Shown here: positions 61,240-64,000 of the stretch, piece by piece
Numbering within the stretch: the first letter of the stretch is position 1
Layout: each line of letters starts with the position of its first letter
Assembly (NCBI GenBank): GCA_965215015.1
Contig: OZ244042.1
Span: 2,720,001-2,784,000 of the forward strand
Direction of reading: 5' to 3'
DNA from: Candidatus Poribacteria bacterium
GTDB lineage: Bacteria; Poribacteria; WGA-4E; PCPOR2b
DNA length: 64,000 nt
The notes under the pieces: generated by a model
The model's database searches: none
The model's input: the letters and a program-made list of their open reading frames with translations, nothing else
What the model was told of the DNA's origin: nothing
Translations under genes and position numbers: made by a program

Positions 61240-61953
61240 ATGTCCCAAAATCAACTCATCGTCGCTTTAGATGTCGAAAACTTAGCAGCAGCAAAACAAC
61301 TGGTCACCACCCTTTCCGATGAGGCCAAATGGTTCAAAATCGGCAAACAACTCTTTACTGTCGTCGGTCCCGCTTCCATCAACCTACTACGTGAAGCGAA
61401 AAAAGATATCTTTCTGGATCTTAAATTCTACGACATTCCCAACACGGTCGCCGGCGCAGTGGCATCTGGGACAAAGGTTGGTGCCAATATGATCAATATG
61501 CACGCTTCGGGCGGATTTGAGATGATGCGTGCCGCAAGGGAGGCCGCCGAGAAACAAGCATTTGAACTCGACATTTCAAAACCAACACTTTTAGGGGTGA
61601 CCATCCTCACAAGCGTCGATGAAGTGAGTTTTCAGCGTGATTTTGGGACACAGTGCCAGCTAAACGATCAGGTCGCTTATCTCGCAGAACTATCCCAGAA
61701 GGCGGGGTTGGATGGCGTGGTCGCCTCGCCATTGGAGATTGAGTTGATTCGGAAGGTTTGCGGCAACGATTTTGTGATTGTTACACCGGGCGTCCGTCCG
61801 ATGTGGGCGGCATCGAACGATCAGCAGCGGGTCATGACACCCGCCGAAGCAATTGAGGCCGGTGCAGATTACATCGTCGTTGGCAGGCCCATCACGGCAT
61901 CGGATAATCCACGCGAGTCGGCGAGGGCAATACTTCAAGAAATCAATAAGTGA
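61240..61953 (+). CDS. pyrF: Orotidine-5'-phosphate decarboxylase
   Basis: IVALD, DLKFYDIPNT, TPGVRP, DQQR and VVGRPI motifs. Confidence 0.97.
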   Translation: MSQNQLIVALDVENLAAAKQLVTTLSDEAKWFKIGKQLFTVVGPASINLLREAKKDIFLDLKFYDIPNTVAGAVASGTKVGANMINMHASGGFEMMRAAREAAEKQAFELDISKPTLLGVTILTSVDEVSFQRDFGTQCQLNDQVAYLAELSQKAGLDGVVASPLEIELIRKVCGNDFVIVTPGVRPMWAASNDQQRVMTPAEAIEAGADYIVVGRPITASDNPRESARAILQEINK

Positions 61954-62064
61954 AACGTGATGCACCAATTTAAGAGTTGATGATGGATTCAACGAGATCC
62001 CGCTTCCAGTCGTCAAAGATACAGATCGCATTTTGAACATGAGGATTATAAGTCTCGACAGTCA

Positions 62065-63867
62065 ATGAATAACCAACAAAAGATACGCAACTACTGCATT
62101 TTAGGACATATAGATCACGGCAAGAGCACACTCAGTGATCGCCTTTTGGAGTATACCGGCACGTTGACACCCCGCGAGATGCGCGAGCAGGTCTTGGACC
62201 TGATGGATCTTGAGCGTGAACGTGGCATTACCATTAAAGCAACCGTTGTGAAGCTCAATTATCGCGCAACCGATGGGGAGGTCTACGAACTGAACCTGAT
62301 TGACACCCCTGGGCATGTTGATTTCACCTACGAAGTCTCGCGGAGCCTTGCAGCGTGTGAGGGTGCCATTTTGATCGTTGATGCCGCCCAAGGTGTAGAG
62401 GCGCAGACGTTAGCAAACGCTTATCTCGCAATTGATCACGATCTGGAGATTATTCCTGTCATCAATAAAATCGATCTCCCGACCGCGCGTCCTGAGGAGG
62501 TCAGAAGACAAATTGAAGAAGTTGTTGGCATCCCCTCAGACGAAGCGATTTTGGTGAGTGCAAAGGAAAATATCGGTACACAGGAGATATTGGAAACAAT
62601 TGTTAATCGGATCCCTCCACCGAAAGGGAATACCGATGATTCTCTGAAGGCACTAGTCATCGACTCGGTATACGACAGCTATCGGGGTGTCGTCATGTAT
62701 GTGCGTGTTTTTGATGGGAGCGTGAAGGTGGGCGACAAGATCCGTTTGATGGCAGCGAAGAGTGCTTATGAAGTCGAGGAGGTCGGGGTTTTCCTGCCAC
62801 ACATGAAACCTACCGATGTACTATCAACAGGTTCAGTTGGTTATGTGATTGCTGGAGTTCGAGAAATAGCGGACGCAAAAATCGGTGAAACAATTACCGA
62901 CCACACCAGACCGACATCAGCACCGCTGCCCGGCTACCGTGAAATGAAGCCACTTGTATTTTGTGGACTATATCCAGCGGACACCAGCGAGGTGGGGGCA
63001 CTGAGAGAAGCACTCGAAAGGCTTAAACTCAACGATGATTCTTTCAGATTTGAGTCTGAAATCTCTGGCGCGCTTGGATTTGGCTTTCGGTGTGGTTTCC
63101 TCGGATTACTGCACATGGAAATCATCCAAGAACGCCTTGAACGCGAATTTGATCTCTCCCTTGTTCGCACCTCACCGAGTGTTAAGTACCGTGTCATCCA
63201 ACGAGATGGTGAGTGCGTTGAAGTCGATAATCCCGCGAAGATGCCTGCCGTTGATCAGATCGATTTTATTGCAGAGCCTCACATCACCGCTGACATCATC
63301 GTGCCGAGAGATTACATCGGAAATGTGATGGATTTGTGTCAAAAGAGACGCGGCATTTTCATTCGTATGGATCAGCTGGATGCAACCCGTGTACAGATTA
63401 GCTACGATCTGCCCTTGGGAGAAATTCTCATTGATTTTTACGACAAACTCAAATCATTGACACGCGGCTACGGTTCACTTGAGTACGAAATTGGTGAGTA
63501 TAAACCCGCAGCCCTCGTGAAGTTGGATATTTTGCTCAACGAAAAACCAGTTGATGCGCTCTCAACGATTGTTCACCGCGACATGGCTTACGGCCGGGGG
63601 AAAGCGTTGGTAGAAAAATTGAGAGAAGTGATTCCGCAGCAGATGTTTACCGTGCCCATTCAAGCGGCGATCGGGCATAAAGTGATTTCGCGTGAAACTA
63701 TTCGTGCTTTACGGAAGAACGTGACATCAAAGCTGTACGGCGGTGATGTTACCCGCAAGCGGAAGCTGATCGAAAAGCAAAAGGAGGGGAAAAAACGGAT
63801 GAAACAGATTGGAAGTGTTGAGATACCACAGGAAGCATTTATGGCAATTCTGTCGATTGATGAGTAA
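62065..63867 (+). CDS. lepA: Elongation factor 4
   Basis: [29 protein letters not shown] and [11 protein letters not shown] motifs. Confidence 0.98.
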   Translation: MNNQQKIRNYCILGHIDHGKSTLSDRLLEYTGTLTPREMREQVLDLMDLERERGITIKATVVKLNYRATDGEVYELNLIDTPGHVDFTYEVSRSLAACEGAILIVDAAQGVEAQTLANAYLAIDHDLEIIPVINKIDLPTARPEEVRRQIEEVVGIPSDEAILVSAKENIGTQEILETIVNRIPPPKGNTDDSLKALVIDSVYDSYRGVVMYVRVFDGSVKVGDKIRLMAAKSAYEVEEVGVFLPHMKPTDVLSTGSVGYVIAGVREIADAKIGETITDHTRPTSAPLPGYREMKPLVFCGLYPADTSEVGALREALERLKLNDDSFRFESEISGALGFGFRCGFLGLLHMEIIQERLEREFDLSLVRTSPSVKYRVIQRDGECVEVDNPAKMPAVDQIDFIAEPHITADIIVPRDYIGNVMDLCQKRRGIFIRMDQLDATRVQISYDLPLGEILIDFYDKLKSLTRGYGSLEYEIGEYKPAALVKLDILLNEKPVDALSTIVHRDMAYGRGKALVEKLREVIPQQMFTVPIQAAIGHKVISRETIRALRKNVTSKLYGGDVTRKRKLIEKQKEGKKRMKQIGSVEIPQEAFMAILSIDE

Positions 63868-63898
63868 AATATGTATTACATTTGGAGGTTACACACTT

Positions 63899-64000
63899 AT
63901 GAATGAAATGTCGGTAGAGACGCAGGAAGAAGCCCCTTCACGGTGGCAGAGATTCCAACGAACTGTGGTATGGGAATATCTTCAAGTTATCGTGGTTGCT
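63899..64000 (+). CDS. lepB: Probable signal peptidase I (5' fragment)
   Basis: GGAGGT RBS; MNEMSV...WEYLQVIVVA; directly follows lepA, matching the usual lepAB order. Confidence 0.6.
   Translation, partial: MNEMSVETQEEAPSRWQRFQRTVVWEYLQVIVVA

Overview
Bacterial chromosomal window with no rRNA, tRNA or CRISPR array. The gene content (PhyH dioxygenases, secreted WD40 and TPR proteins, FRG-TPR) and repeat-filled intergenic spaces suggest a Candidatus Poribacteria-like sponge symbiont; this is an inference. From left to right: (1) a partial TonB-dependent receptor; (2) a dispersed minus-strand MoxR/VWA/DUF58/ABC cluster, interrupted by an SRPBCC, serine hydrolase, FRG and TPR block, in which FRG-TPR sits behind a decayed mazEF locus; (3) an internally deleted IS200/IS605 (tnpB) element directly in front of that cluster; (4) a catabolic cluster (PhyH, enolase superfamily, amidohydrolases, aldolase, SDR); (5) a tandem array of three secreted, highly self-similar WD40 genes separated by remnants of a trypsin-like protease domain, with only the last gene keeping an intact protease; (6) a TPP enzyme, metallophosphoesterase and TIGR03032 operon followed by a 9-unit REP-like tandem array; (7) thuA, a sensor-SpoIIE phosphatase, an orphan DNA methyltransferase, a creatininase-family gene, a TPR lipoprotein and pyrF-lepA-lepB. 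Intergenic DNA is a mosaic of nested MITE-like and REP-like modules. The best candidates for undescribed systems are the WD40 receptor/protease array, the FRG-TPR pair replacing mazF, and the mini-IS605 that may keep an omegaRNA. All calls come from reading motifs by eye; no database searches were run.
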